NCBI GenBank assembly: GCA_050613775.1
Contig: JBODTK010000012.1
Coordinates: forward strand, 434,001-498,000
Source: Neocallimastix sp. 'constans'
Lineage: Eukaryota
Reading direction: 5' to 3'
Length of the DNA stretch: 64,000 nucleotides
Positions within the stretch are counted from its first letter, which is position 1. Each line of letters begins with the position of its first letter. Positions 53,693-64,000 of this stretch are shown piece by piece. The notes beneath the pieces were generated by a model. That model worked only from the letters and a program-made list of their open reading frames with translations, did not search any database and was not told the DNA's origin. The position numbers were made by a program, and so were the translations under genes.

Positions 53693-53710
53693 TGGTGGAG
53701 ATATCGGGGA
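53693..53710 (+). promoter_or_regulatory. Primer binding site, tRNA-Ala type
   Basis: TGGTGGAGATATCGGGGA resembles the complement of a eukaryotic tRNA-Ala 3' end (...CCCCGGCAUCUCCACCA). Confidence 0.8.
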
Positions 53711-54192
53711 ATATAATAATAAATTAATACATTGGGGATAAAATTATAATATTAATAAATAATTTTTCTAATAAAACAAATATTTTTTTAAAAAAGAAAA
53801 CAATTTTTATATTTTTAACTAATTATTATTAATTGTTAAAAATATTAATTAATATTAAATTAAACTAATATTCGTGCATAGATTTCCGGGTTAAGTTTAT
53901 CCTACATAGTAATTGGGCTAGTAGGCTCTGGACTGCTATTTTTTATATTGAAAATAGTAACCGTGGCACACGCGTGGCATGACACCTTTCAAGAGGTAAG
54001 CTGCACGTCAGATAGTGTGTACTATCAGATTGCACGATTATTATAATTTAATAAATGATTAATAATAATAAATAATTAATAATTTTATTAGTTAAAAGAT
54101 TTATTTTTTTTAATTTTTTTTTATTTTTACTTTTTATAACAATTTATACATTACGAGGTTTAGCATTCTATAGATACAATAAATTTTATTTA

Positions 54193-55110
54193 ATGAGAAC
54201 ATCCAGTACTTCCAGTACTCCAACAGAGAGTACTCCAGAAAGTAAGCTTAGCTTCCGAGAATTAAAGAAAGAATTAAAAGATTTTGAAAAGCTTACTAAA
54301 CAAAACCTAGACATCAATTCCTGGGCAAACGAGTTAAAGGCATGGATAAAATACCAACATATCAAGGATCCTGAAACTATTTTTACTGCTTGTATATTAA
54401 CGGCTTCTGGAGAACCAAGAGAAATTATCCAAGAACTAGAAGATGGAAATGACCTTATTGAAGATGAAGATTCTGATTTCGATAGCGATAGTGAAGGAGA
54501 AGATGATGAAGAAAGTGAATCTACTAGCACCTACCCAAGCCTTGATGAAATCATAAATCATCTGAAGACTTTCTATGGACTTAAAGAAGATCAAACCAAT
54601 TTGTTACGAGAATTGCGTTCCATGAAAATAAAGAAGAACGAGAAAGTTAAAGATTTTAATGTCCGTTATAGATCTTTGTACCATAAATTGGATAAAAAGA
54701 GAAGAAGAAAAATTAGTGTTTTAGATTATGCAGATTCCTTAACCAATAATCCCGACGCATGGAGAAAGGTTATGCTTAAAGACAATATTTCTATTACTAA
54801 AGCATTCGCTATAGCTGAAAAAGTTGATCGTTTATCTATTAAAAATAGTACTGAATATTATGATAAGACTCGTTACAATCTCCTTAACTCTAAAAGTAAT
54901 TTTAATAAGAACATTTCAAATGATTTTAACAAACCAAAAACCCACAAAAATGTATCTATAGAAAATCTCACTAACAAGATGAAAGAAATGAAAATTAGTA
55001 CTTGCTGGTTTTGTAGCAATGAAGGACATACCAAACGAAACTGTCCTAAATTAAATTCTATATTGGAAAATAACCGCATAAAGTTTTATGAAAATCATTT
55101 AAACCACTAA
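54193..55110 (+). CDS. gag: Gag (305 aa) with CCHC zinc knuckle
   Basis: CWFCSNEGHTKRNC; retrotransposon gag-like NEKVKDFNVRYRSL; acidic insert. Confidence 0.93.
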   Translation: MRTSSTSSTPTESTPESKLSFRELKKELKDFEKLTKQNLDINSWANELKAWIKYQHIKDPETIFTACILTASGEPREIIQELEDGNDLIEDEDSDFDSDSEGEDDEESESTSTYPSLDEIINHLKTFYGLKEDQTNLLRELRSMKIKKNEKVKDFNVRYRSLYHKLDKKRRRKISVLDYADSLTNNPDAWRKVMLKDNISITKAFAIAEKVDRLSIKNSTEYYDKTRYNLLNSKSNFNKNISNDFNKPKTHKNVSIENLTNKMKEMKISTCWFCSNEGHTKRNCPKLNSILENNRIKFYENHLNH

Positions 55111-55150
55111 AAGGGAGTAGAAGCACTCCCATCGTCAAAAAAATTGCTTC
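55098..55150 (+). promoter_or_regulatory. -1 programmed ribosomal frameshift signal (U UUA AAC + H-type pseudoknot)
   Basis: Heptamer 55098-55104 is in the gag frame; 8-nt spacer; stem GGGAGT/ACTCCC (55113-55130); loop GAAGC is complementary to GCTTC (55146-55150). Confidence 0.88.
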
Positions 55151-58100
55151 AGTCTGCCATCGTTCCAAAACAGTTGACTTAAAAGAAGATGATGATTATG
55201 AAGAAACTGCTGATTTCCAAGAAGGTACTACTACGGATTATTACGAAGATTTTGATGATGAGTCGGATGGTTCCAAAGAATTGGATTACTTAGTAAACGT
55301 TATAAAGAGAAAGGCAAATCCTAAAGACGAAGAGACTAGTGACCAAAGAGGAAAGAGGGTTCACCGTAGTCTAAGAGATGATCCTAAGCCAATAGTTACT
55401 CCAGGTTTACGAAAACAAAAAGAAAATCAATTAAGGGGAACATCGCGACCAGTCAAAAAGCCAACAACTCAATTACATCCTTCGATTATGGCTCAACCCA
55501 GAATAGAGAAAGAAAAGAGGATTGAGAAAGAGCTAAGAGATAAGGAAAGAGCTAGTACTAGTACTTCTGTGGAAAATAATAAAAATAGTAATGTTAATAT
55601 TATTAATGAAGAAACTTCTCAGGAAGGAAATAATTCTAAACAAACTTTAAATAAATTAATTCAAGAAAAATCATCAGAAAAGTCAACTGAAATTATGCCA
55701 ACTAGAATTCCAAAAAGAATACAAATGCAAACTGATTGTGATAGTTATGACGTGATCAAAGATTTAAACTCCAGTAATTGCAATATTACATTTGGACAAT
55801 TATTGGACGTTGCTCCAAAGATACGGTCTCAAGTATCACAAGGACTTAAATTAGAAAAGAATAATACTAAAATTTCAGGTGCAGTGGATAATATGTGTGC
55901 TACTACAATAATAACGAACAATATAGATCATACATATAAAAGTAAACATCATGAACCACAAGAAGATGATATTGCTATGGTTGATGTAATAGTAGATGGA
56001 GTTCGTGGTAAGGCTTTAATAGATTCATGTAGCAACTTAAGTATTATCACAAAGCAATTTTTAGATAAATTACCTTATCAGTATGAACCTATAGGAGTTA
56101 GTGCAGGACGAATACGTTTAGCAACAATGAATGATGATTACTCAGAAGATGTGTTAATCAAAGTTCCCGTAAAAATTAATGAACTAGAACTACTTGTTAC
56201 GTGTAGAATTATAGACAAGGAGGATCCATTCTATGATATATTAATCAACCTCAAAACTCAAATTGATAACCAGTTATTTATACATCCAATTAGATATAGT
56301 CTTTGTCGATTTAATGATCAAGGTTTAATTGAAGAAATTGCACCTATTAATAATGAATATGATGACGAAGAAAAATTATTATGTGTAATCAAAGCATTGA
56401 ATCACCAAGAAGCTAAGCAACAATTGAAAACGATTGAAGGATTACCACCCATAAAATATATATATGACACAGTTTTTCAAAGTACAATTAATTCAAATTA
56501 TAGAGAAGCTATTACTAAATTACTTGAAGAATATATTGATATAATTGTAACTTCTTCTGAAGAATTAACACCTTCAGATTTATCACCACACAAAATTATT
56601 CTTAAGGAAGGAGTTAAACCTATTAAACAAAAATTTTATCGACTTAGTAAATTAAAAACAGATATCTTAAAAGAAGAATTAACCAAACTCATATATAAAC
56701 GATTAATTGAATCTTCATGTTCAGAATGGTCATCACCAGTAGTACTTGTGCCTAAAAAGAACGGTAAATGGCGCCTGTGTATTGACCATAGGAAAGTAAA
56801 TGAAGCAACTAAGAAGGATTCTTATTCTTTACCAAATATTGAGGAAATTTTTGATAGCTTAGATGGAGCAAAAATCTTCTCAACATTAGATCTTTATTCC
56901 GGTTATCATCAAATATTAATGGATGATGATAGTGTTGAAATCACTACCTTTACAACTAAGTTCGGAAACTACCAATTCAAGGTAATGCCCTTCGGTTTAA
57001 CAGGTGCTCCAGCTACATTCCAAAGAGAAATGAACCGTATACTATTTCCCTTAATAGGAAAATGCGTCTATAACTTTATCGATGATATTTTAATCTACTC
57101 AAGAACTGAAGAAGAACACCTAGAACATCTTAAACAAGTCTTAGAAATATTCAAGGAACATAAGTTAAAAATCAATATTGAAAAATGTTCTTTCATGCAA
57201 ACTGAAGTAGAAGTACTTGGACATAAGGTATCCTCAGAAGGTTTAAGTCCATTGGAAAACAAAGTTGAAGCTATTAAAGAATGGAAGGCTCCCTCTAACA
57301 TTCATGAACTTCGATCATTTTTAGGAGCCATTGGATATTATAGAAATTTTATTAAGGACTTTGCAAAAGTTACTGCTCCTCTCTGCACTCTATTAAGAAA
57401 AGGTATTAAGTTTGAATGGAAAAAGGAACAAGAAGAAAGTTTTAAAATTCTTAAGGAAAGATTAATCAATGCCCCAATATTAAGATTTCCTAGATTTGAT
57501 AGAGAATTTATTATAAGAACAGATGCTTCCTATGATGGAATAGGAGGTGTGCTTTTACAAAAGGATGATGAAACTGGAAAGGAGCATCCCGTTCATTATA
57601 TTAGTAGAAGTTTATCTAAATCGGAAAAGAATTATGGAATTACGGATCTAGAAGGTGCTGCTCTAATTTACTGTATTAATAAATTAAAATCTTATATTAT
57701 GGGAAATCCTAAGCAAACTATAGTATATACAGATCATAGACCATTAATCGGATTACTTAAAAGTAAGGAACCACAAAATTCTCGTCATACTAGATGGTGT
57801 TTGACTGTCAGTATGTTAGGAATTGATTTACGATATGAAACTGGAAAGAATAATGTTGTCGCAGATGCTTTATCAAGAATGAAAAATGAAAAAGAAAAAG
57901 TTGTCTTAACAACACAAATTATCAAGGAACAAGATGAAAACCTGCTTTCAAGAACCATTAAGGAATTTATTGAAGAAAAATTTACGACAATTGATGGTGT
58001 GGACTACTTTGTTGATGGCAATAATTATAGAAAATTAGTTACAGATACAAAAGAAAAACTTCAATTAATTTTTCAAGCGCACAGTATAGGACACGAAGGC

Positions 58101-59099
58101 TATTACAAGACATATCAACGTTTGAAAAAGAGCTACTATTGGAACAATATGGTTAATGACATTAAGCGAATTATAGGTAAATGTGAAAAATGTCAATTAA
58201 ATAAATCTCAACCATACCCTGAACCAACGGAAGATAAACCAACTGAAGTGGAAGGACCATTTACACACTTAGGATTGGACATTATAGGACCTCTAAGTAA
58301 AACCAGAAATAATAATCAATATATAATCGTTGTGGTTGATTATTTTACTAAATGGGTTGAGGCAGAGCCCACTGAAAATGTTACTTCTCAGGATGTGATA
58401 AAATTTTTAATTAATGTATTTGCTCGACACGGTGTACCTCAAATTATCACTACTGATAATGGAACACAATTTACATCAGATATGACAAAAATCTTCCTTG
58501 ATTTATATGATGTATATGTTAAATTTATCACTCCATATCATCCTGAAAGCAATGGTTTAGTTGAGAATCGTAATAAAGAAATTGGAAAATTATTACGATT
58601 ACTAGGACAACAACACAAAGAATGGGATGAAATTTTACCATCTGCACTTTGGGCTTTAAGAACTACTAAAAACTCAATCATCAACCATTCAAGTTTTGAA
58701 TTAGTTTATGGAAGGGAGGACCAACAACCTTTTGACATTGCTGCCAGACCAACTAAGGGTATAAATAAGTCTTCTGACGAAATTCTACTGGAAAAATTTG
58801 TATCACACTACCAATGGGTAATGGAGGCCGCATCTAATATCAAAAATGCTTCGAAATATTGGGCTACTAGGAGAGAAGAAAAGACCAGTATGAATCAAGC
58901 TAAAAGAATAAAACCAGGTGATTTAGTACTAGTAAGAAATTTTAATCGAACTAAATTAGAACCTTACTTTGTTGGACCTATGAAAGTGGTAAAGAAACAA
59001 TTCAATACAGTCACTTTAGCCGATCCTGCTACTAATATACAAATGAATCGTAATGTTCATTTGAAAAATATTGTCAAGTTTAACTCAGCTTCTACCTAG
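55098..59099 (+). CDS. pol: Pol (PR-RT-RH-IN), entered from gag by -1 frameshift
   Basis: LIDSC protease; WSSPVVLVPKK, MPFGL, FIDD RT; TDAS...DALSR RNase H; HHCC + D-D-E integrase with GPM (GPY/F-like) tail; no chromodomain. Frame is open from TTTAAAC at 55098. Confidence 0.95.
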   Translation, partial: FKPLKGSRSTPIVKKIASVCHRSKTVDLKEDDDYEETADFQEGTTTDYYEDFDDESDGSKELDYLVNVIKRKANPKDEETSDQRGKRVHRSLRDDPKPIVTPGLRKQKENQLRGTSRPVKKPTTQLHPSIMAQPRIEKEKRIEKELRDKERASTSTSVENNKNSNVNIINEETSQEGNNSKQTLNKLIQEKSSEKSTEIMPTRIPKRIQMQTDCDSYDVIKDLNSSNCNITFGQLLDVAPKIRSQVSQGLKLEKNNTKISGAVDNMCATTIITNNIDHTYKSKHHEPQEDDIAMVDVIVDGVRGKALIDSCSNLSIITKQFLDKLPYQYEPIGVSAGRIRLATMNDDYSEDVLIKVPVKINELELLVTCRIIDKEDPFYDILINLKTQIDNQLFIHPIRYSLCRFNDQGLIEEIAPINNEYDDEEKLLCVIKALNHQEAKQQLKTIEGLPPIKYIYDTVFQSTINSNYREAITKLLEEYIDIIVTSSEELTPSDLSPHKIILKEGVKPIKQKFYRLSKLKTDILKEELTKLIYKRLIESSCSEWSSPVVLVPKKNGKWRLCIDHRKVNEATKKDSYSLPNIEEIFDSLDGAKIFSTLDLYSGYHQILMDDDSVEITTFTTKFGNYQFKVMPFGLTGAPATFQREMNRILFPLIGKCVYNFIDDILIYSRTEEEHLEHLKQVLEIFKEHKLKINIEKCSFMQTEVEVLGHKVSSEGLSPLENKVEAIKEWKAPSNIHELRSFLGAIGYYRNFIKDFAKVTAPLCTLLRKGIKFEWKKEQEESFKILKERLINAPILRFPRFDREFIIRTDASYDGIGGVLLQKDDETGKEHPVHYISRSLSKSEKNYGITDLEGAALIYCINKLKSYIMGNPKQTIVYTDHRPLIGLLKSKEPQNSRHTRWCLTVSMLGIDLRYETGKNNVVADALSRMKNEKEKVVLTTQIIKEQDENLLSRTIKEFIEEKFTTIDGVDYFVDGNNYRKLVTDTKEKLQLIFQAHSIGHEGYYKTYQRLKKSYYWNNMVNDIKRIIGKCEKCQLNKSQPYPEPTEDKPTEVEGPFTHLGLDIIGPLSKTRNNNQYIIVVVDYFTKWVEAEPTENVTSQDVIKFLINVFARHGVPQIITTDNGTQFTSDMTKIFLDLYDVYVKFITPYHPESNGLVENRNKEIGKLLRLLGQQHKEWDEILPSALWALRTTKNSIINHSSFELVYGREDQQPFDIAARPTKGINKSSDEILLEKFVSHYQWVMEAASNIKNASKYWATRREEKTSMNQAKRIKPGDLVLVRNFNRTKLEPYFVGPMKVVKKQFNTVTLADPATNIQMNRNVHLKNIVKFNSAST

Positions 59100-59109
59100 C
59101 TTGAGTCTT

Positions 59110-59119
59110 AGCGGGGGCA
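59110..59119 (+). promoter_or_regulatory. Polypurine tract
   Basis: AGCGGGGGCA, 3 nt before the 3' LTR. Confidence 0.8.
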
Positions 59120-59122
59120 TCT

Positions 59123-59927
59123 TAATACAGAATGAACAAATAATACTAATTGTGCTAGAATAATATAAATTATTCTAACCTTATAGATTATTCTAACCTT
59201 ATAGATTATTCTATTCTATATAATTGGAACTTTCCAATATTCTTCAAATATTACTAAATAGAAATCTTAAGTTAATAAATCACTAATTAACTTATAATTC
59301 CTTTTTGAATTATCGATCCGATTCTATTATAATGTATTAAAAATCTTTAGCCAAGAATATTGTCCTTGCCACTTAATATATTAATATTATATTTCTTTTG
59401 TATTATGTTATATTGAAAATAATCAAATCTATTTAATTAGTTATTAAAATTTTCGTTATCAATTTAAATTTATTTTTAATTACTAAATTTAACTAAACCA
59501 CAATAAAATATTCTGTATAATCTCTTTATTTTTATTTTATATATATTAGTATTAAACTATTATTAAATAATTAATAATTCAATAATATATAACTACTATT
59601 TATAACAATAATATTATTAACTAAAATAATAATTCAATTTCAATTTAAATGTTTTATTTATAAAAATAATTAGTAATTAGTTTATTAAAAAAATAGTTAG
59701 GCTTTACAAATTTTAATTTGATAAAAAAATATAAATACATGTAATTTTAGTGAAATAAAATATAATCAATAACTTTCTTTTTATTAAATAAATAATTATA
59801 TTATTATTTTTCTTTTATAAATTTAAATAAATAAATATTGATTTTAAAACAAATTATTTTTTTTTATTGTAATTTTATTATTTGTGTTAATTATTATTAT
59901 ATTCCTAAAATTATATGAACCATACCA
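59123..59927 (+). repeat. 3' LTR
   Basis: Direct repeat of 52880-53684. Confidence 0.95.
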
Positions 59928-61475
59928 ACTGTGATAAAGAATAGAATAATAATGATATTTTTAATTAAATTTTTAATAATTTATTATATAAAAATATATT
60001 ATTATATTCTTTACTATTAATAATTTTCTTATATTCTATATTAATAATTTTTATATTAGTTATATTTTATTATTTTTTTATATTAAATTTATGTAATAAA
60101 TTAATTTATATGATTGGTTTTAATAATGTAATTAAATAATATAAAATATGTATTATCCATATTATTTTATGAAGGGGGCCTTTCTGAGAAAAGAAATAGT
60201 AGAAATAGTAGTGATAATGAAATAGGAATAATAATTGAAAGGTTTCCCATATTGTTATAATAATAAATATTAATATTAATAAAGTTATTTTTAACAATAA
60301 AATAATTATATAATTTATAAATAATAAATATTTTTAATAATAGTTCTTTAAATAAAATTTATAATGTGTAATAATAAATTCTTTTAGTGTAATTTAGTAG
60401 TTATTTAATTTATCTATTTATTTAATGTTCACACTCCTTTTCTAATATGAACCTCAACAACTGAAGATTTCGTTACAGTTTAGTATAGTTAAAGAGAGAT
60501 ATTAATGTTTTATTATATTTATTGATTTATAAATTAGATGAATATATATATTTGAGATAATTAATTATAATATTTATATGTGTAATAATAATTGATGTAA
60601 TAATTAATAATTAATAATAAATAAAGAGAATATTAAAAAGATATATTTATTACTTTATTTTGTACTTTTGTATGTGTTATTTCTATTTAATATTAGAATA
60701 TATTATTTTGTCATAATTCCTTATTGTCATTGCCCATAACTAAATATTAATTTAGATACATAAATAAAATATCGTGCTACAGTATTTAAATAAAAATGGA
60801 AAATTGTTAATAAAATTATAATAAAATATAATAAAGAATTAATTAGTTAAATTATATATATCACAATAATAAATAATAATATAAAATTATTCAAATTTAT
60901 TTAATTAGTTAATAGCCAATAGGATTTAATTTATAGTAAATTAGAAGTATAAAAAGAAAAATTATTATAAATTTTTTAAAGGGTGGTTTTTTTGGAGAAA
61001 ATAGATATACATTAGTTAAAATAAATATATTCGGGGAATATATTTATTTATAAAAATAATATAGTAATAAGTTAGAAATAAATAGTTAATAAGATTTTTA
61101 ATAATATTTTATTATAAAATTGTATTACGACATAATAAATTAAATAAAATAAAACGACAAAACTATAATTCTTAAAATTCTGTTATAAAATAACGTGTGT
61201 AGTAATTATATATTTCTATATTAGAATATACTATTTTATTTTATACTATCTTGCTAACTCACAAAAATATTGATACTAAAAATATTAATAAAAAAATTAA
61301 TAAAATAACGTATCAAAATTTTGGAGCCCAACATGGGGGGAAGCAAGATTTAATAAAGAAGTATGAAAATAATAAGAAAATAATAATTACAAATTAATTA
61401 TTTAATAATAAACCATAATCTTATAATTTTTTTTTTTATATATTCATTATCATTAAAAATTACAAAAATCCTAAA

Positions 61476-62803
61476 ATGTTTAATGCGGCTAAATTGCAAA
61501 GAATCTTACCATTGTTAATCAACTATGGTAAAGATGTGGAAAGTTGGATAACAGATTTTTCAAAAACGATGGAACTTTATGATATAATGGAACTTCGACG
61601 CATTTTTACATGGGCTAAAGAGGCCGTGGAAGAAGATACTCAAGGCGCATTAAATTCATTAATAAAAGGAAAAGGTGACTCAATCAGATAATCCTACATT
61701 AAAGGAGATTCAAGATACAATAGAAGAACATTTACATATAACTGAGAATGATAAATGTTCTGTTCTTAAATCTTTAAAAATTAATGAAAACGAATCGTTA
61801 AAAAAGTTTAATTACAAATATAAAAAATTATATAATAAACTCAGTTTGGAATATAGAAGACTTATTTCGGTCAAAGATTATACAAATGCTATTAGTTCTC
61901 GAGTATTTCCCTATTCAAGAGTTATGATAGCGGAATGTGAAACAATAAATGAAGCATTTAAAATAGCTGAAGTAGCTGAAGAAGCTGAAAAAGAAATATC
62001 CAATGCAAATCAAAGGAGAAAAATTAATAATAATATGGGAACAAACATCATGTTTACTCAAAATCATACTAATAATAATGTATTATTGAATCACCCCTTT
62101 TTACGAAAATCTTCACTCAAGACAACTACCAATGAATCAAGATGGAAATAATACCTTTATTAGAGAAAACAATTGGAATTTTAGAGCTAGCTCATGGAAC
62201 AATAATAACTCTAGGAATCCAAATTATTCGTATCATGCGGTAAACTTAAGAAATAATAGAAATTATTATTCAAATAACAGTAATAATTACATTAATAGAA
62301 TGCCAAGAAGGAATTCAATAAAATGGATATAATAATAAAATCAATTATGATAGGCATTCGAACAATAACAAAATCAACAATCCTTATATGAATTTTAATA
62401 AAATGAATAATACGAACAAAATGAGTAATAATCAATTACTCAATGAAGGAGAAGAAAACCAAAATAATATTGATTTAAAAAATATAAATAATATGATGAC
62501 TAATAATAATAAAGAATATAATAAACAAATGACTAATGGTAACACAATTAACACTAATAATATGACTCAATCGTTTAGCTACCAAAATAGGAAAAAAGTA
62601 TCATAATAGAACAGAAAACAACAATGTCATTAATACCTTAGTAACCAAAAATAATAATAATTTTAATGATGATAAACAATTATCATGTGAATTGTTATCG
62701 TTGTACATTGGAGGGACATAGAGCTTCAGAATGTCCGTACAAATTCAAACAATTGGCTGAAATGGAAGAACAGGGTTTGAGTAATAAACCTTTAAACCAA
62801 TAA
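61476..62803 (+). pseudogene. gag: Decayed gag of the older Gypsy element
   Basis: Fragments DVESWITDF..., LKSLKINENESLKKFNYKYKKLYNKL (compare LRSMKIKKNEKVKDFNVRYRSLYHKL); CYRCTLEGHRASEC knuckle at 62693-62734; stops and frameshifts; ends P-L-N-Q-* at TTTAAAC. Confidence 0.88.
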
Positions 62804-63800
62804 ATGGGAGAAGGATAACTTCCATTAACCAAACCAAAAAAATAATGTTCAAAAATAATGACTCATGTAACAATAAAAATAATATAATGACAATGGTAGA
62901 TGATCAAACAATACTACTAATAATTAATAATAGTATTAATGAAAAACAAAATTGTAATTACCTTAACATAAACAATAATAATAATACTACACAAAATATA
63001 TTAAATAGACCAATTGAAATTGTAACAGCAGCTACTCGAAATTCAAGAAATAATATTAGCAAATATAATGAAAAGTCATACAATAGAAAAGAAGTGAGAT
63101 TTAATTTAAAAGACAATCCAAAACCAATACAAACGGCAGCTATGAGTCATAATAATATTAATAAGAATAATAATAGTAATAATAATTATAATATTAAAAA
63201 TAAAAATAATACCAATTATAGTAATACGAATGCTAATAACAATTATAATAATATTAATAATCATAATAATAATATGAATAATGATCATGAAAATAATAAT
63301 ATGAATAATAATAATAAAATTAATTATAATATAGATAATTATAATGGCAATAATAACGACAGTAATAATGAAGAAAATAATATTTATAATACCTTTAAGG
63401 AAAATATTGACATAAATAATGATGATTATATTACTAATAATATAAACACTAGTCAAACAGTTGAACTAGGAAGTATAGAATCTAATGAATTGTAATCATG
63501 ATAGAAGAATCTGAAAATAATGAAAACAATGGTGATGCTGATGAAAGTAATAATATTAAAAATCATAATAAGTCCTTATTATGATAATGTAGAGAATTCC
63601 ATTAGAGCAAATAATAAAAATAAGAATGAAGCTCCTAATAAAAAAAAATTGTAATACGCAAAAACTAGAGTATCTTGATCCTTCTTTTATCACAAAAAAA
63701 AAATATTAGAAAAGTTAAAAACAAAAATAAAGAAGAGAGAATTAAAGATATAAAAAAATAAAATGAAAGAAATGAATACCAATACCAAGACAAGTGAAAC
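62791..63800 (+). pseudogene. Asn-rich N-terminal pol remnant of the older Gypsy; no protease or RT visible before AT-rich DNA resumes
   Basis: Follows the frameshift site; KEVRFNLKDNPKPI resembles KRVHRSLRDDPKPI of the intact element's pol N-terminus. Confidence 0.6.
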
Positions 63801-64000
63801 TCCAATATATTATTTTTCTAAATTTTTTGATTTTTAAGAACTTTTTAGAAACTTTTATTTTTTATCTTTTAATAACTTAAACTTTTGAAAAAAAAATATA
63901 AATATGTGTAAAATTCATGATAAAAAATATTCTTTCTTTGTGTTTTTTATTTTAATTCTTTAGTTAATAAAACTTAATTTTTAATAAAACTTTTTGTAGA

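Larger units (their letters stand above)
52880..59927 (+). mobile_element. Intact, recent Ty3/Gypsy LTR retrotransposon (7048 bp)
   Basis: Two 805-bp LTRs with no difference noticed; ACTG TSD (52876-52879, 59928-59931); PBS, PPT, uninterrupted gag and pol. Confidence 0.98.
52046..63800 (+). mobile_element. Older degenerate Ty3/Gypsy element: putative ~2.2-kb 5' LTR (52046-52879 + 59932-61315) split by the young Gypsy; PBS 61322; decayed gag and start of pol
   Basis: TGATACG (52046) and CGTATCA (ends 61315) are inverted termini. PBS TGGAGCCCAACATGGGG resembles the complement of a tRNA-Lys(CUU) 3' end. Gag fragments are homologous to the neighbouring gag. The left LTR boundary is inferred; no 3' LTR lies in the window. 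Confidence 0.7.

Noticed and set aside
63106..63456. Ile-rich antisense ORF
   Set aside because: Reverse complement of AAT (Asn) repeats in the pol remnant.

Overview
Extremely AT-rich eukaryotic DNA. The spliceosomal introns, (TTTATTA)n arrays and intronless CelD/CelE-like GH5 genes point to an anaerobic gut fungus (Neocallimastigomycota; inferred). Host genes: a spliced PSP1-family gene running off the left edge; two near-identical, divergently transcribed secreted GH5 endoglucanases with an unclassified 6-Cys C-terminal module, inside a ~15 kb imperfect palindrome; an intronless 1151-aa ankyrin protein; a 3-exon 2H-phosphoesterase-like gene missed by the ORF track; and a 2-exon LITAF gene. 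Mobile DNA: two decayed L1/Tx1-like LINEs (one per palindrome arm), a decayed Ty1/Copia, two MITE-like elements, and an intact young Ty3/Gypsy. The best lead is that this Gypsy appears nested in the long LTR of an older Gypsy, 11-14 bp upstream of a tRNA-like A-box/B-box cassette in that LTR. That geometry resembles Pol III start-site targeting by yeast Ty3. The young element also has TA...CA termini, a 4-bp TSD, a multibranch leader RNA and a UUUAAAC + pseudoknot -1 frameshift signal. All alignments and folds were done by eye.
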